A stretch of DNA of 63,926 nucleotides, filler included, from Neolecta irregularis DAH-3 (lineage: Eukaryota): NCBI GenBank assembly GCA_001929475.1. It is 4 parts of 4 records of this genome, joined end to end, with 100 filler letters (N's around TTAATTAATTAA, not from the genome) between each part and the next. Parts side by side here need not be neighbours in the genome. Positions count along the whole stretch, not along the records: positions 25,231 to 52,844 come from LXFE01000247.1; positions 52,945 to 62,457 come from LXFE01000248.1; 2 more parts are not named here. One strand, given 5' to 3'. The notes under the pieces were generated by a model. The model did not search any database, had not been told where the DNA came from, and saw nothing but the letters and a program-made list of their open reading frames with translations. Shown here piece by piece: positions 40,290 to 53,370 of this stretch (position 1 is its first letter; each line of letters starts with the position of its first letter). A program made the position numbers and the translations under genes.

Positions 40290-43200
40290 TTAGAGGCTCC
40301 TACTTATTTCCTCTGTCGTGAATGTCTGCACAATATCGCGGACTTTAAAATCGTCGAAATCTGTAAAAGATAACCCACATTCATTCCCTTTATGAATCTC
40401 ACTTACTTCCTTTTTTCCTTGCTGCAGAGAACTCAATTCGCCTTCCCAGATGGTCTCCTTTCCTCTATTTATTCGTACTTTCTTGTTGATATCAATGATG
40501 CCGTTGGTAACGCGACAACCGGCAATCTTTTGAACTTTGCGTTTCAGTTTGTAATCAAATATTTGAAGAATATTTGCTTCGCCGACTACACTCTTCATAA
40601 TTTCAACAGGAAGCAATTTCGATAGTCGTTCTTTGACATCTTCGAGGAGACGATAAATTATTGAGTGTTGGATAATTTCGACATGATAGCTAGCAGCGAG
40701 ATCAGCTGCTCTTCTATCTGCTTCAACATTAAACCCTAAAATCCGGGCTAAAATCCATTAGAATCGTTGTTTGGAATGCTCTTTACCCCCAGCAGCATAA
40801 GCTCGTTCAACATCTGACTCTGAAATATCACCAGCAGCTGCATGTATAATTTTTACAACCAATTCGTGGTTGCCAACAGAAATCATAGAATTCACAACAG
40901 CTTCCACAGAACCAGTTACATCGCCCTTAATTATAAAAAGAGCTTCAATAATTTTTGAAGATTGTTTAGCCGGCGCAACTACTGTTGCGACTGTTGCTGC
41001 TGCATCTCCGAAATCATCCTTATTCTCTCTAGATGCTATAATTGCCGAACGTTCTTGCGAAGCTACTCGGCGCTTTTGGTTAATTGCTTCGATGTCCAGT
41101 GATTGTTGTCGTCTTCTAATTCGCTCAATTCGTGTATTGACTGTTCTTCTGGCATCATGCTATATATCAGAAGGACACCGCTATGGCAAACATACCTCGG
41201 TTTCTGCTTCCAATACTTCATCACCAGCACTGGGTATTTCCTTCCAACCAGTAACCTCGACTGGGGTACCCGGTCCAGCGGATTTAACTTCTTTTCCCCT
41301 CTCGTCATATAGATTTCTTACTCGACACCAAGTGGCACCCGCTACAATCACAGAGCCTTGCTTTAAAGTCCCGCTTCTTACAAGAAGAGTTGTAACATCA
41401 CTTTGCAGTCAGTGAAATGATGTATTGGGGTGAAGGAACCCTTTGCCGTGATTCACAGAGGACTCGATAATCCAACCTTCAGCAAGAGCATCCTTTTCAG
41501 CTCTGATATCCAAAACTTCGGCGAGGGTGACAATGGCTTCCTCGAGATCTTCAAGACCTTGACATTTCAGCGCAGACAAGTACACAGTCTGCGTGTCTCC
41601 ACCGTGTTCTTCCAACTCAATTCCGTGACTAAGCAATCCGATCTTGGCCTTTTCGGGATGCGCATTGCGCAGATCTATCTTATTAACAGCAACGATGATC
41701 GGAACGCCCGCATTCTGGGCATGTTTGATCGCTTCAATAGTTTGTGGCATCACACCGTCATCAGCAGCAACAACCAGAACAACAATATCAGTAACATTTG
41801 CACCACGCTCACGCATGCTTAGAAATGCAGCGTGACCAGGTGTATCCAAGAAGGTGATTAGCTGTCCGGATTTCAAAGTTACTGTATCATTAAACAGACC
41901 GTTTATGCGCAATAGTACCCGAGAATGCACCAATATGTTGTGTAATCCCACCAGCCTCTCCAGCTGCAATCGATGATTTGCGAAGGGCGTCTAAAAGTGT
42001 GGTCTTCCCATGATCAACGTGACCCATGATTGTTATAATTGGAGGTCTCAAGGGCAGTATGGACTTATCCGCGGGTTTTGGTCTGCGGTATCAGAAATTA
42101 CGCGAAAATTGGGGGTATACCTCGGATATAAATCAAATGCTGCTTCGCTTGACCCAATCACTGGATCAAAGTTGTATTCCATAACAATCAATTGAATCTC
42201 CTCCGTCGTTAATACTATGAATTAATCGTGAAGGAGAGCTTAGTATACCATGGTCAAAGGAAGTGTGATCAAATCCGAGTTGCGTCATGTTACAAGCCAA
42301 TTCATCTTTTCTCTTAGCCGGAAGGAAGAAACAGATAACATACTCATTCGAACTCCAAGAATGCGGGAAAGATTACTCACACTGACGGTTTCAGGAATAT
42401 GCAATTTTGGTATTGTGGCTTCCACCTTTTTTTCTTTCTTTGGCCGTTTCTCAAAAGCCCTGTTTTCTTCTTCTTCTTTATTCTTCCGTTCCCTGTACTT
42501 CATTTTATCCCTTTCTTCACCCTTCTTTTTTGCCAACCACTTTGTTTGGCGTGCAGCCAGTTCTTCAGATGCTGGAGGATGCATCTGTAGTTCGGATGCA
42601 CCTCTTTGATTTCTTTGATTTCTTTCATCTCTTGTATCTCTTGTATCTCTTGTATCTCTTGTATCTCTTGCATCTCTTGTATCTCTTGTATCTCTTGTAT
42701 CTCTTGTATCTCTTGTATCTCTTGTATCTCTTATTGTACGGAATGAAGAAGGTCCAACTTCTTCAGCTGCACCATGCGGATTTCTTGTATCTCTTATTGT
42801 ACGGAATGAGGATCTGACTTCTTCAGCTGCAACATACGGATTTTTCCAGCCAGATTGTTGTGCGGTGACTCGAGATACCGCTTCTCGGTTAATAATATCT
42901 ATGTATTCACGTACGCGTAGAATTAAAATTTCCAGCATCATAATTACCATGTTGATGATTCTGAAAATTTGATCGATTTGACCTCTGTGGCCTCATTCGC
43001 TGTTCAAAGCTGCGTCCTCTTCTCGCAGGAAAATCATTGTACAGTTGTGGTTCTCGCTGACGAGGTTGTTCATTCAACGTAATCCTGGGGGAATCTTGCA
43101 CGACGTTTAACGGAGCAGCAGGTTTCGCCCATTTATTAACTGAAGGCAACGGAGGATTGGGTGATGGTGCCGACTGGGTCGCAGCAGGCCGATTTTGAGC

Positions 43201-43366
43201 GGTGGTAGACGATCTTTCGGTATGATATTGTCTATAGCTACAAAATAAGATTGTCAGTCGAGATAGACCTTGTCTATAATGGCATCGATATGAATACTAA
43301 GACTTAGCAAGTGTACCAGATAGACTTTGTTTCTACCGCTCGATAGCCTGTAGAAGGCAATTGCAT
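40290..43366 (-). CDS. IFM1: mitochondrial translation initiation factor IF2
   Basis: [52 protein letters not shown] and ECGLSF. Start codon approximate. Confidence 0.93.
42625..42843. repeat. coding 9-bp microsatellite (Arg-Asp-Thr x12) plus adjacent ~60-bp duplication
   Basis: (TCTCTTGTA)n at ~42625-42732; [15 protein letters not shown] is encoded twice. Confidence 0.92.
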
Positions 43367-43469
43367 ACAGAACGACAGTGTCAAATATTTGGTAGGTTGA
43401 GGTCGAATTACACGCGAAGATTAATTACCGCAAAATTGAATCACCACCAGAATAGACATTTCTACATAA

Positions 43470-45495
43470 TTATACAGCCAAAACAAATTCTCCCCCGTTT
43501 TCGCTCTGCTGTGCGTTGATTATATAGGTGATTTTCCACCGTAATTTGAGTTCTCGATCGGTGCTTTGTAAACCGTTGATGTATATCCGCTGGACTATAC
43601 CATCCCGCTGAAGTGGAGCAATCTCTTGGGAATTTGGTGTCTCTATCTGCATGGACAGTTTCTGATAGTGAGAAGGGGATACTTAAATGTATCAAATACC
43701 TTGCTGACGGCAGCTTGAAAGGATAACTGAGTAATTTCATAAATTGGTGATATATTCGTAAACTTTATAACCAATAGAGATGGTTGCTGTGCTTGTCCTT
43801 TTTGCACACTGGATGTGATATACAATGGGGATTGGTCAAACAGAATCACTTCCTGTTTATCAGTAAAGTCGAAGCCAAAACAAACTTTCGAAGGACCGCC
43901 GCCAACCAATTGTGAGTTACTGTCTGAAACAGATGGTGTGACAAAACTCGAGACTGAGGAAGTGCTATTTAGCCGTGACATAGTAGCTACCCGTGAGTCT
44001 GACGGAGTAAGGCATGCTTACCAGGTAAGTTTTGAGTACTCGTAGGAATCACTGACGGTCCGAGAGAAATATCTCCACCTTGGCCCCAGGATGATTGTGC
44101 AGGTCCATCAAATGACAATCCAAGCAAGTCTTCAGAAGCTTTGTTTTTTATGGCTGGTGCCTGTGTGGATATGGATGATTGAGTGCAGTCCGTACTCCCA
44201 TCAAGATCGATAAGAGAGAGCTGAGATGCTACATCTGCAGATGATAAGTACTTTCTACCGAATAAGATGGAGGAATATAACCAACGAACCCTGTTGAGTC
44301 TCCCTGGCCGATGCTCGAAATGCTCGAATAATCCCCCTTTTTGATGGCGATATACCGGGAAAGTGTAGTGTTGATTTGATCGTTCAAATTGAGTAACTTT
44401 TCCACCGCCTCCGGATCATCCGTTTCCTCGGAAACCATCTTTTGAACCTTTGGTTGTGCGCTTTTCAGTGAATCTGCCAGTTCCTAAGATAAGCCTCTTT
44501 TAAAACTGGCAAACAAGAAACCTCATATACATCGCCATGTCCAATTACTTCTCCTTTTCGAACACCATCAAGCATCTCATCCAACAAGGACGCCTTGCGC
44601 TGCAACTTCCACAAAACTTCCGCAGCCTCCGCGCGATAGTCTGGTCTATTCAGCTCATCGTAACCAGTCATGATTTTCATCAACTCGTTCGCTTCCGCGA
44701 GATCTGCAGGTGTCCCACGTCTGATCAACTCTTGTAATTTTGCAGATTGGACAGTACGGTCCTCCTCTTCCAATTCATCTGCAGATTTCAAATTCTGGGA
44801 AATGAGGGCGGACGGTAAGTAGTATGATACCTCTGAATTCATGACTGTTGTGGAATTTGAACTCACCTCGGGAAATAAATAACCTGAAGTGGAAAATGAA
44901 CAAAGGTGATCTGCCATGACTATTACCTTTGTAATGCAACAACCTATGCATATCCCTGATAAACCCAAAATCATCTTTATGCCGACTCGAAGTACAAATG
45001 GTCCGTCTCCATTCCTCAATAAGACCCAGTATCTTTAATTGAATCATCGAAGGTCGCGCCGGAGGTTTCTCGGGAAACCGTCTCACAAGTTCATTCAAAA
45101 AGTCTTTGGTGGCAATTTGCAAATGAAATGGATACCCGCAGTTCTTGACACAAATATCTAAAAGCTTCGCCATGAGTACTTGTGATTCAAATGATGCTCT
45201 GTACGTTCAAAGCCAACATCGACACTTGTGGAAATCGCGAATTTACAAGTTTAACAATGCATATCGCCGCTTCCCGTGGACTAGAATTCAGAAAAGAGGA
45301 CCTTTAGCGTGACTGACAAATTGCCCTTCTTTTGATTGATAATATCTGTAATCTCAATATTCAATGCGAGATTCGGCTCGAAATTAACTGGATCGCAGGC
45401 TCTTTCTATCACAAATCAGACTGATATAAGAAATCAAAGTCTTGACCAATGAAGCTGCGCAAACGGCTATAAGGGTCCACCGCGGAGGAAAGCAT
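43470..45495 (-). CDS. GGA2: GGA clathrin adaptor (VHS-GAT-GAE)
   Basis: ICVKNCGYPFHLQIATKDFLNELVRRFPE, QSAKLQELIRRGTPADLAEAN, KLLNLNDQIN, and ear domain LSFQAAVSK...LKLRWKITY. Confidence 0.88.
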
Positions 45496-45570
45496 GTTTG
45501 GAAAAAGTAGCCGTCAGCCAATCTCTCCAACAGCAATCACGTGTATGTCAATTAGACAACCTACATTTTC

Positions 45571-46462
45571 ATGCCTGATCAACCCAGAAAGAATCATAAA
45601 AAGAATAAAACGAGCAAACCTCTCCGACAAAACAATAGAGACCGCGATATTTTCAGCAGTGTTGCTTCAGATCCCGCTGAATATTGCGATAACCAAGATG
45701 TACAGGCGAAATTTCCTGTGTCATTAGCCATGTGGGATTTTAATCAATGCGATCCAAAGAAATGTAGCGGTAAGAAATTATTCCGTATTGGTCTTATCTC
45801 CACGATATTAAAACTGGGCAATAAATTCCCGGGGGTAGTTATCACGTATTCACTCTAAACCATTATAATTTCTATTTCTAATATAGACCGACGGGAAGTA
45901 TACCCGTGTCGATGGCCGACAAGGAGATTGCGATGCAAGCAGGTATCGCGGTAGTCGAATGCTCATGGGCCAAAGTCGACGAATTACCGGTTACTCGTAT
46001 AAGCGGCAAATGCGAACGAAACTGTATATCTTGAGCCGTTCTTTTGCACAAGTGTGTTGATTGGTAGTACCATATTTGATTGCGGCGAATCCGATAAACC
46101 ACGGTCGACCATGGAAGCTTAATTGTGCTGAGGCTTTTGCTGCGTGTTTATCAATTACGGGTCACCAAGACTTGGCGCAAGATTTACTATCGCATTTTTC
46201 ATGGGGCCATGCATTTTTCACGCTTAATGACGATTTGTTAAGGATGTATCGCTCATGTAAGGATGCAGAGGAGGTTATAAACGAGCAGAACAAGTGGCTT
46301 GAAAGGGAAATGAGGGAAAGAGACCGACGTAGAGAGTGTAAAGATGATGAGGATATATGGATGTTGGGGAACCTGAATCACCAGTTATCAATAGACAGTC
46401 CTGATAATAGTTCCGACGAAATAGATAACGATAAAAACTCTAAATCATATCAACACAGTTAA
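45571..46462 (+). CDS. TSR3: 18S rRNA aminocarboxypropyltransferase
   Basis: LAMWDFNQCDPKKCSGKKL, AVVECSWAK, PYLIAANPINHGRPWKLNCAEA and FSWGHAF. Confidence 0.93.
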
Positions 46463-46489
46463 CTATACATATGTGCTTATAATATATAT

Positions 46490-49400
46490 CTACATAAATG
46501 CATTCTTCAATCCACCGAGTAAAGCTCTCTTTTGCACGGTTTTTTTCTGATCATTGGCAAATTCAGTGACGTCTTTCAACCATTGTCCACTAGCATTTTG
46601 CAGTTCACAGAATTTATCTTCCACCCCGCGGAGTTTATCACCTCGTTCAGATAATTGTCGAGTCATATCACCAAAGACGCCCCAGGATACTCCTCGGGAT
46701 GGAGATTTGGGCGAGCCTCGTTCTTCGGCTCGTGATTCGGCATGTTTTTCGAGAGACTGCTTTGAGGGAGGACGGTCGGGACCAGCGATTAAGAGGTCAA
46801 GATCAGCGGCCGATATGTAAGTAGAACCACCCCCAATCCATTGCCAGGTACTGATGGTTGGTCGGGATGGACAATTCGGTTTGAGCGGATCGAATAATGT
46901 GTCATTGGCGTGAGAACTAGATATCAACACTTGCAAGCAAGTAGGCGAAACCCGATTCCCCCCCAAATAGAGTAGACGGACAATTCAGTCTCGTAATTAA
47001 CGATAAAGACATCACCATCAGAGCTTATTACAGATCGTCTCAACCTATCCATGAGTAACCATATTGTTGCAGTTACGTACAATCGCTCATTAATAGCAGG
47101 TCCAGGGACCTGGAAAACCTTAATCGGGGTTTCGAGTCCAATGAGGGGGTACAAGTGAATACTTCCGTTGTTCATCAAACACGATAATACCCTGCCGTCG
47201 TCCAAAAAAAAGATATTCGCCCGAAGACACAAGAGATTTTCACTAAACTTGAAACTCTCAATCTTTGACGTCACGCCTCGGAGAACACGGACTGATTTCT
47301 CGGTAATAACATACACCATACCCGCCTCACAAACCCCATTGAGCAGCTCCGCGAAATTTGCGGGCGTGGCAATCGCATTTCCCCCTTCTACGGTAACGGG
47401 GATAATAGTATGCACAGGACTTGACAAAGCCTCCGTCGAGCTTTTAAAATGCGCTCGATGAAGGCCTTGGCTATCGGGAAACAGCGCATGACAAATAACC
47501 CGGCCCCTCGACGTTCCCGTCAACAAACAAAGACATTTTTCTCCATCTTCTAATGCAAAAACTGCAAATTCAAGGGCAGTGACGCTTTCGATATCGGTGT
47601 CGTCGGTATTCTTTGCAGATTCATTGTTTTTCCCGCGGATATGGCCCAAGTTTCCCAGAAACGAGATATCGGCCGTGCGCATATCGACGAGTGCAAGAAC
47701 TCCTGACTCATAACCGATCGCTATCCTAGATTGTAAAAAAAAAGTGAAAAGGAGGATTAAAGTACAAGCCGATTTGACTGACTCTGAGGCTAGAGATTTC
47801 TGTGCGATCTGCATCGACGCGGATGATTGGGATGAATCCATGTGGGGTCTTTACATCAGACAACATGCGAACCAGTGACGGGGAAACCGATTTTCTTGAA
47901 TTACGACTCTGGGTACGGACGTGAGTGGGTAATTGTGAAGGCGACTCTGGACTATCATTTTCAGTTGCTTCTTCAAGTGTCATGCGATCGAAAGAACCTT
48001 GTTCATTCACGGGTGAAGTATGCGATTTGGGCACATTGACGCCCAATTTGAATACAGAGACTTGACCAGTATCGAATCCAATAGCAAATTCATACCCGGC
48101 GAAATCAATTTTGACGACCCTGGGATTCCGCTCGAATTGATCGAGATATAGAGTCGGACCGTGAACCAGGACACCCTTTGAAATATCCCAGAAGCGAAGG
48201 GTATGGTCGGTGTGGGCGGTGACGACTACCTGTCTCATATCAAAACGGCGAGTCGTTCGTTTCCCGGGGGTTCCACCGTGTAGAAAGGTTATTGTTGAGC
48301 AGAATTCAAAGAGGACGCGCCAGATGTCATAGTTCATGTGTAGCATGGTGATAAAGTAAAACGTTGGCGAGATCCACTGAAGAGCGGCAGGTGGCGGGTC
48401 AACATTGGTTTCAATGGGCAATGAGGCGATTTCGCAGTTGGATAGCATGCACAGGGCTGTAGATGGATTGTGGCACTTTGAGTAGTGAGGAGAAGTAGTC
48501 GGGATGCAGCAAAAGTCGATGACGGAAGCTGCAGCGGCAAGCAGCTGGAAGCGTTTGGGGAACAAATAAAAGTCGCGAATTGTGTTTGCAGACGCAGTAA
48601 GGGAGGAGGGCATAGGACCATAGTCGATGAGATGGAGACCCTTCATTGAGGTTTCCGGGTTGGCACCGCCGGCAACGAGAATAAAGGTGTCATTGGGGTC
48701 TTCTCTGCAAGCCCATGTGATTCTGAAGATGGGTTCTCTGTGGACAAAGGGGTCTTCCGTGGACTGGGAAGGGTCTTTGAGATAGCGGCTACAGATGGGT
48801 CGTTCACTCTTGATATCGTAAAAGACGAGGGATCCATCATCGCAAGCGACGCAAAAGTGTGTGCTTGCGGGATGAGCAGATAAAAAGAGGGACAACTACC
48901 CGTTTGGATTCCAGGTAAGCTGTGTCAGGCCGGCGTTTGCAGGCATGTCGTAGAATCTGACGGCCTTGTCCTCCTTGAAGGAGTAGAGCACAGCGCCTTC
49001 TATTCCGTAGCCGAGGAGGAGAAAGCTAAGGTCTTTCGGATTGAGAGCTATTGACAGCAAGGGCGGGATCTTTTTGGAGATGCGCTGGCGGGCGGGATCG
49101 CGGTAGAGATTTGGGATGTGCAAAGGGGCAAGACAGTCACGGTCAATGTCCCACACGTCGACTGAACCGTCCTGGTAGGCAATAAAGAGCCAATCGAGCG
49201 CAGGATCGCTGTGGATGCAGGTGACGGGGCCGCGAACAGAGTGGATGAGGATGCGAGTGAGGGATTCGAGACTGAACACGGAGAGGTCACCGCGGGCATC
49301 AATGACAATGGCCTTGTCGCTGTGCAACAAGACATGTTTACAAGGCGCAGAATTGTCCAGCTGCAGGATTGTGTGAATAGAATCGCAGCCAAAAATGTGC

Positions 49401-49588
49401 AGAGTTCCTGCGTATGTACCAACGGCGAGCAGGCCTTGTGCCCAGTGGAAAGACGCGCAGGCAGCAGAATGCAGGCCAAAACGTACAGTGGGATTGAAGT
49501 GAAGGGTGTCTGGCGGAGGAAGCTGGGCAAGTGACGGATGTGCGGTGGTGAGGAGCGAGTGCTTGACGCGGGACACAAAAGATGTCAT
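46490..49588 (-). CDS. SRO7: Lgl/tomosyn-family WD40 polarity/exocytosis protein
   Basis: QGLLAVGT, DPALDWLFIAYQDGSVDVWD, HREPIFRITW, TAHTDHTLRFWD, DLDLLIAGPDRPPSK and an R-SNARE-like tail LSERGDKL. Confidence 0.88.
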
Positions 49589-49669
49589 GGTGGTGAGTTT
49601 TCAGGGTGAGGTGGACTATGTCCGTGCGAGCGGTGGGATGACGAGTACCGACTTGCTTGAGCTGCCAAC

Positions 49670-49960
49670 TTACTGGTAGTGAATGTCTGCTACGATACTG
49701 ACTCTGGTGAATGTTGCTGTAATAAACCTCTGCCAATTAACTGGTGAAGTCTGATTTTAATTGACTGTGGGTGTCTTTTTTCAAACAATCGACTGGCGGT
49801 GAGTGTCTGCTGCTAATTGGCTGCCGTATATCTCCTCTATGATGCCTGGCGGTGAATGGGCTGTTGGTGGGTGTCTGCTTCTAGACCGACTAGCGGTGGG
49901 CGTCTGCTGATAATTGACTGGCGATGGGTGTCTGCTGATATTGACTGGCGGTGAATGTGT
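49670..49960. repeat. degenerate ~27-30 bp minisatellite in the divergent SRO7/arrestin intergenic region
   Basis: Recurrent (aat)tgactggcggtg(g/a)gtgtctgctg, best preserved near 49790, 49888, 49914 and 49941. Confidence 0.7.
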
Positions 49961-50329
49961 CCTTGTCTTCCTGACGGTGTTGTGCTCGGATATGCTGCCA
50001 GTTCTGGCGGTCAGTCCTGACTGTATGCTGCCAACCTGCTTTCCCGAAACGTGCTGCTCCGACTGTGCTACTGTTATGCTTATGTGCTGACTAGGGCTGC
50101 TGACTCTTGCGGTGGATGTCACTAGCTGCAGTATGGTTGCGGCAAACCGGCCAGGAGCAAATCGGAGAAAACCGGACCGGTTCCGTTAACACCGTGTGGA
50201 TTGCTAAGCTATACAAATAAGTACGTGTATATATATCTTCTATGTGCCGATATACAGGCTATGAGTAGAATAGAGTGTAGCCACCCCCGCCCTATTCGGC
50301 CACTTGTTTCATCACGACTTCTGTCTCGG

Positions 50330-51824
50330 ATGTCTTTACCGCTCCACCATTCCACCACAACGGCGTCTCACAATACCACCAGTGTGTGCATTGTGCTTGC
50401 AGAGCCTGTGCTCTTTCTTGCAGGCATGACTGCCGCAGAATACTGCGATCGCGGACCGGTTATGCTGCGTGGTCGATTGATTTTCACACTGCGCAAGGCA
50501 GCAAAAATCCGTTCTGTGACTCTTTCTTTCCGCGGCCGCTCGAGTACGGTATGGCTCGAAGGTGTACCTCCAAACAAGACGGCATACTCAGAGACGCTCA
50601 AGCTGGTTTCGCATTTGTGGACGTTTTTTGATGCGCGCAACCCGGTGCCGGACTCGCAACAATCACCTCTGCTCGATCCCAATGCATCTGCTCATCTTCG
50701 CGGCTTTCGTCTATTTCCGCCGGGTATTTACGCATATCCGTTCGAGCTGCCGCTGCCAACAGCACTACCCGAGACAATTGAATGTGCCCGGGGCCATGTT
50801 CGCTATTCGCTCGAGGCTATTGTGGAGCGTCCTGGTGCATTTCGCAGCAATTTGACTGCGCACACAGACGTTCTCCTCATTCGAAATCCCATCGAAGGTA
50901 ATCTCGAGTCTTCCGAGCCCATCGCCGTCTCGCGCAACTGGTGCCTGACCCTCTTACTGTCCGTGGTTTGACTCTGCAAGGGACGATCAGCTGTATTACG
51001 ACATAGCAATCTCGGGCAAGGCATTTCCCATAGGCGCACTCATCCCGATCGCCATCAAACTGACTCCTCTTGCTAAAGTCCATGTCCATAAGATAAAGGT
51101 CGTTATTACCGAAGTAATCGATTACTACTGCCGCAACGGCACCATCCACCGCGCCGAGCCGCCCGTTTCTCTCACCCTCTATGAACAGTCTTCTCCGTCT
51201 TCGAGCAGCAATTTGTTGCATCATATCGACTCGTGGAATGCCGGCAGCACTGAATTTGAGTGGCAAGTACCGCTACCGGCCTGTGTGGACAAATCGCACC
51301 CGCTGCACTGCGATACCACCTACCGCAACATCAAAGTCCACCATACCATCAGAATCATCCTCCGCCTGAGCAGAACCCATGAGCTCGACTCATCCAAAAG
51401 AAGACACTTCGAAATATCTGTTGATTCGCCTGTGCATCTCTTGTCCTGCCGCTGCACGCCCGTCAACACAGATCCGCCAGCCTACAACAAGCAGCACATA
51501 TCCGCCAAAGACACAGTCCCGCCTTGTCCATGCCAAAACTCGATTCCTCCTTGCAAATTAGAGTATCGACCCATGCATCTGCTCCGCCAACCATCAAATG
51601 CTCCACCAGCTTTTGACGCAGACACTACTCCGCCGGAACTCACTCCTCCCCCGGGATACGACACAATCGCCTCAGATTCCCAGCAACTGGGCTCCTTTGA
51701 GGTAGAACGCGCAGACGATGACGGAGATCTCGGAAGACGGCATTCCTACCTCCGTTACCGCTCGGAACGAGGCGGAAGTCTCGACATGTCCAGATTGTAC
51801 CCTTCTGCCCATTCTCTCGTTTAA
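50330..51824 (+). CDS. alpha-arrestin (ART ubiquitin-ligase adaptor)
   Basis: LAEPVLFL, MLRGRL, FRGRSSTVWLEG, FPPGIYAYPFELPLP, SRNW|DDQLYY, RRHFEISVDSPVHLLSC, and PPxY motifs DPPAY and PPPGY. Confidence 0.9.
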
Positions 51825-52140
51825 CACTCTAGATGGAACGCAGATCTGTTTGCCTCTATGCATAGGCGTACTATAAACCATGGACATTCTTAATTTATGC
51901 TCTTAATCACCGGACGTGGGAACAGGAGTTTGGACAATTATCCGTATATTTGCATTCAGGTGTCTATTTTGCATGGCGAATTTGGGAAATTAGGCTGTTG
52001 AGAACGTAAGGAATTGTCGGGGTTGACCCAGTTTTAAATAGCGGCTTGAATATCTGTAACGAAATCAAAACGTATTGTGTGATTAATTTTAAACCTTTGT
52101 GCTAAAAAGACTGAGCGCGTGTGGTACGAAAACGACATAA

Positions 52141-52362
52141 TAATCTTTTGGAGGATATTTTAAAGGGATCTCTGGTTTGACTTTTCCTTAGGTCAGTGTC
52201 TAGAGTTCTATAACCGACACGGCTATTTCTGTTTCCTATAAGTAGACCTGAAGGTGCTTGCTTGTTGGACCGGTGAATAATACTCTATTCATCCAGCAAG
52301 GGGATCTAATGGTCGTTCTTCTCGGTTTTATTCAAGACTTCCAAGTCTGCAAAGCTCTACAA
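52141..52362. repeat. diverged copy of the 5' flank of the secreted-protein gene
   Basis: Matches 55211-55543: taatc.tttggaggata, taaccgacacggctatt and ccaagtctgcaaagctctacaa. Confidence 0.8.
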
Positions 52363-52844
52363 CTTCAGCCTGCGTGTTACACGCGTTTTGCAGCCACTCT
52401 TTAGCCCGGATTTCATGAAATTTGGATTTGACCCGTTTTCGAAAATAAAATTTCACAATTGCTTGTGCTGGCACAATAAAACCTGGACGTTTATCACAGA
52501 CATAAATACGTCCAACTTTATATTAGAATTCATTCTTTGCGAACTACAACGCGCAATCGTTTCATGGATGTTTGAACTAGTAATGTCGTTTTTTTTTCCA
52601 AGCATGCGTGCGCGGCCAAACTTCACCTCTACGTATTGCCCACACTCCAATGTATGTCATTCTTTCAGACACCCTTTCTGCGGGCTTTTCATCACACGTG
52701 GAATCGTCCCATTTTAAAGATCCCTTTGAAAGATATTGGAAAGTCATCATTGAGGGGTTTTTTGACAATTATCTTCGTTGCTGACCTGACCCACAGAGTA
52801 CGCTAAAAATTTAACCAAAAAGAAACCAAAGAAACTAAAGAAAC

Positions 52845-52944
52845 NNNNNNNNNNNNNNNNNNNNNNNNNNNNNNNNNNNNNNNNNNNNTTAATTAATTAA
52901 NNNNNNNNNNNNNNNNNNNNNNNNNNNNNNNNNNNNNNNNNNNN
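52845..52944. other. scaffold gap with artificial linker
   Basis: N44-TTAATTAATTAA-N44. Confidence 0.97.
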
Positions 52945-53370
52945 TATATGTACTATATTATACTAGAATTATCTTTGCAAAGCCTGTTGGGGAGGAAGCT
53001 GCTCCCCATGTGCAACCCTGTACACCCACACCACTGTGTCACTGCTGCAAAGGTACTGCTCCTTACTGCACAGCCAGTGGTGGGCAAGGGGCAGCAAGGG
53101 TAAGAGGCGAGGGTATTCTAGGAAGGCAGGTGAAGAGGACAGAGGGCGGTGTGGTATGAATTTTTTGTTTTCAAGACTTCAACAATTTTAATCAACAATT
53201 AATCAGGCTTGCAAATTGATCAATTCAATTCAATATAGGGAACCAATTGATTGAATTGAAAGGAATTCTCTCCAATGGCTAAATTGATTGAATTGATCAC
53301 TCAATTATTGCCAATATTGAATTCATTGATCAAATTGAACCAGATCAGGTGATTAATGAGCCAAAAGCTT

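Noticed and set aside
49670..49960. CRISPR-like array
   Set aside because: The context is eukaryotic, the repeats are degenerate and irregularly spaced, and there are no cas genes.
49781..50122. 113-aa Ser/Thr-rich ORF
   Set aside because: It has a non-ATG start, overlaps the degenerate minisatellite and shows no recognisable motif.
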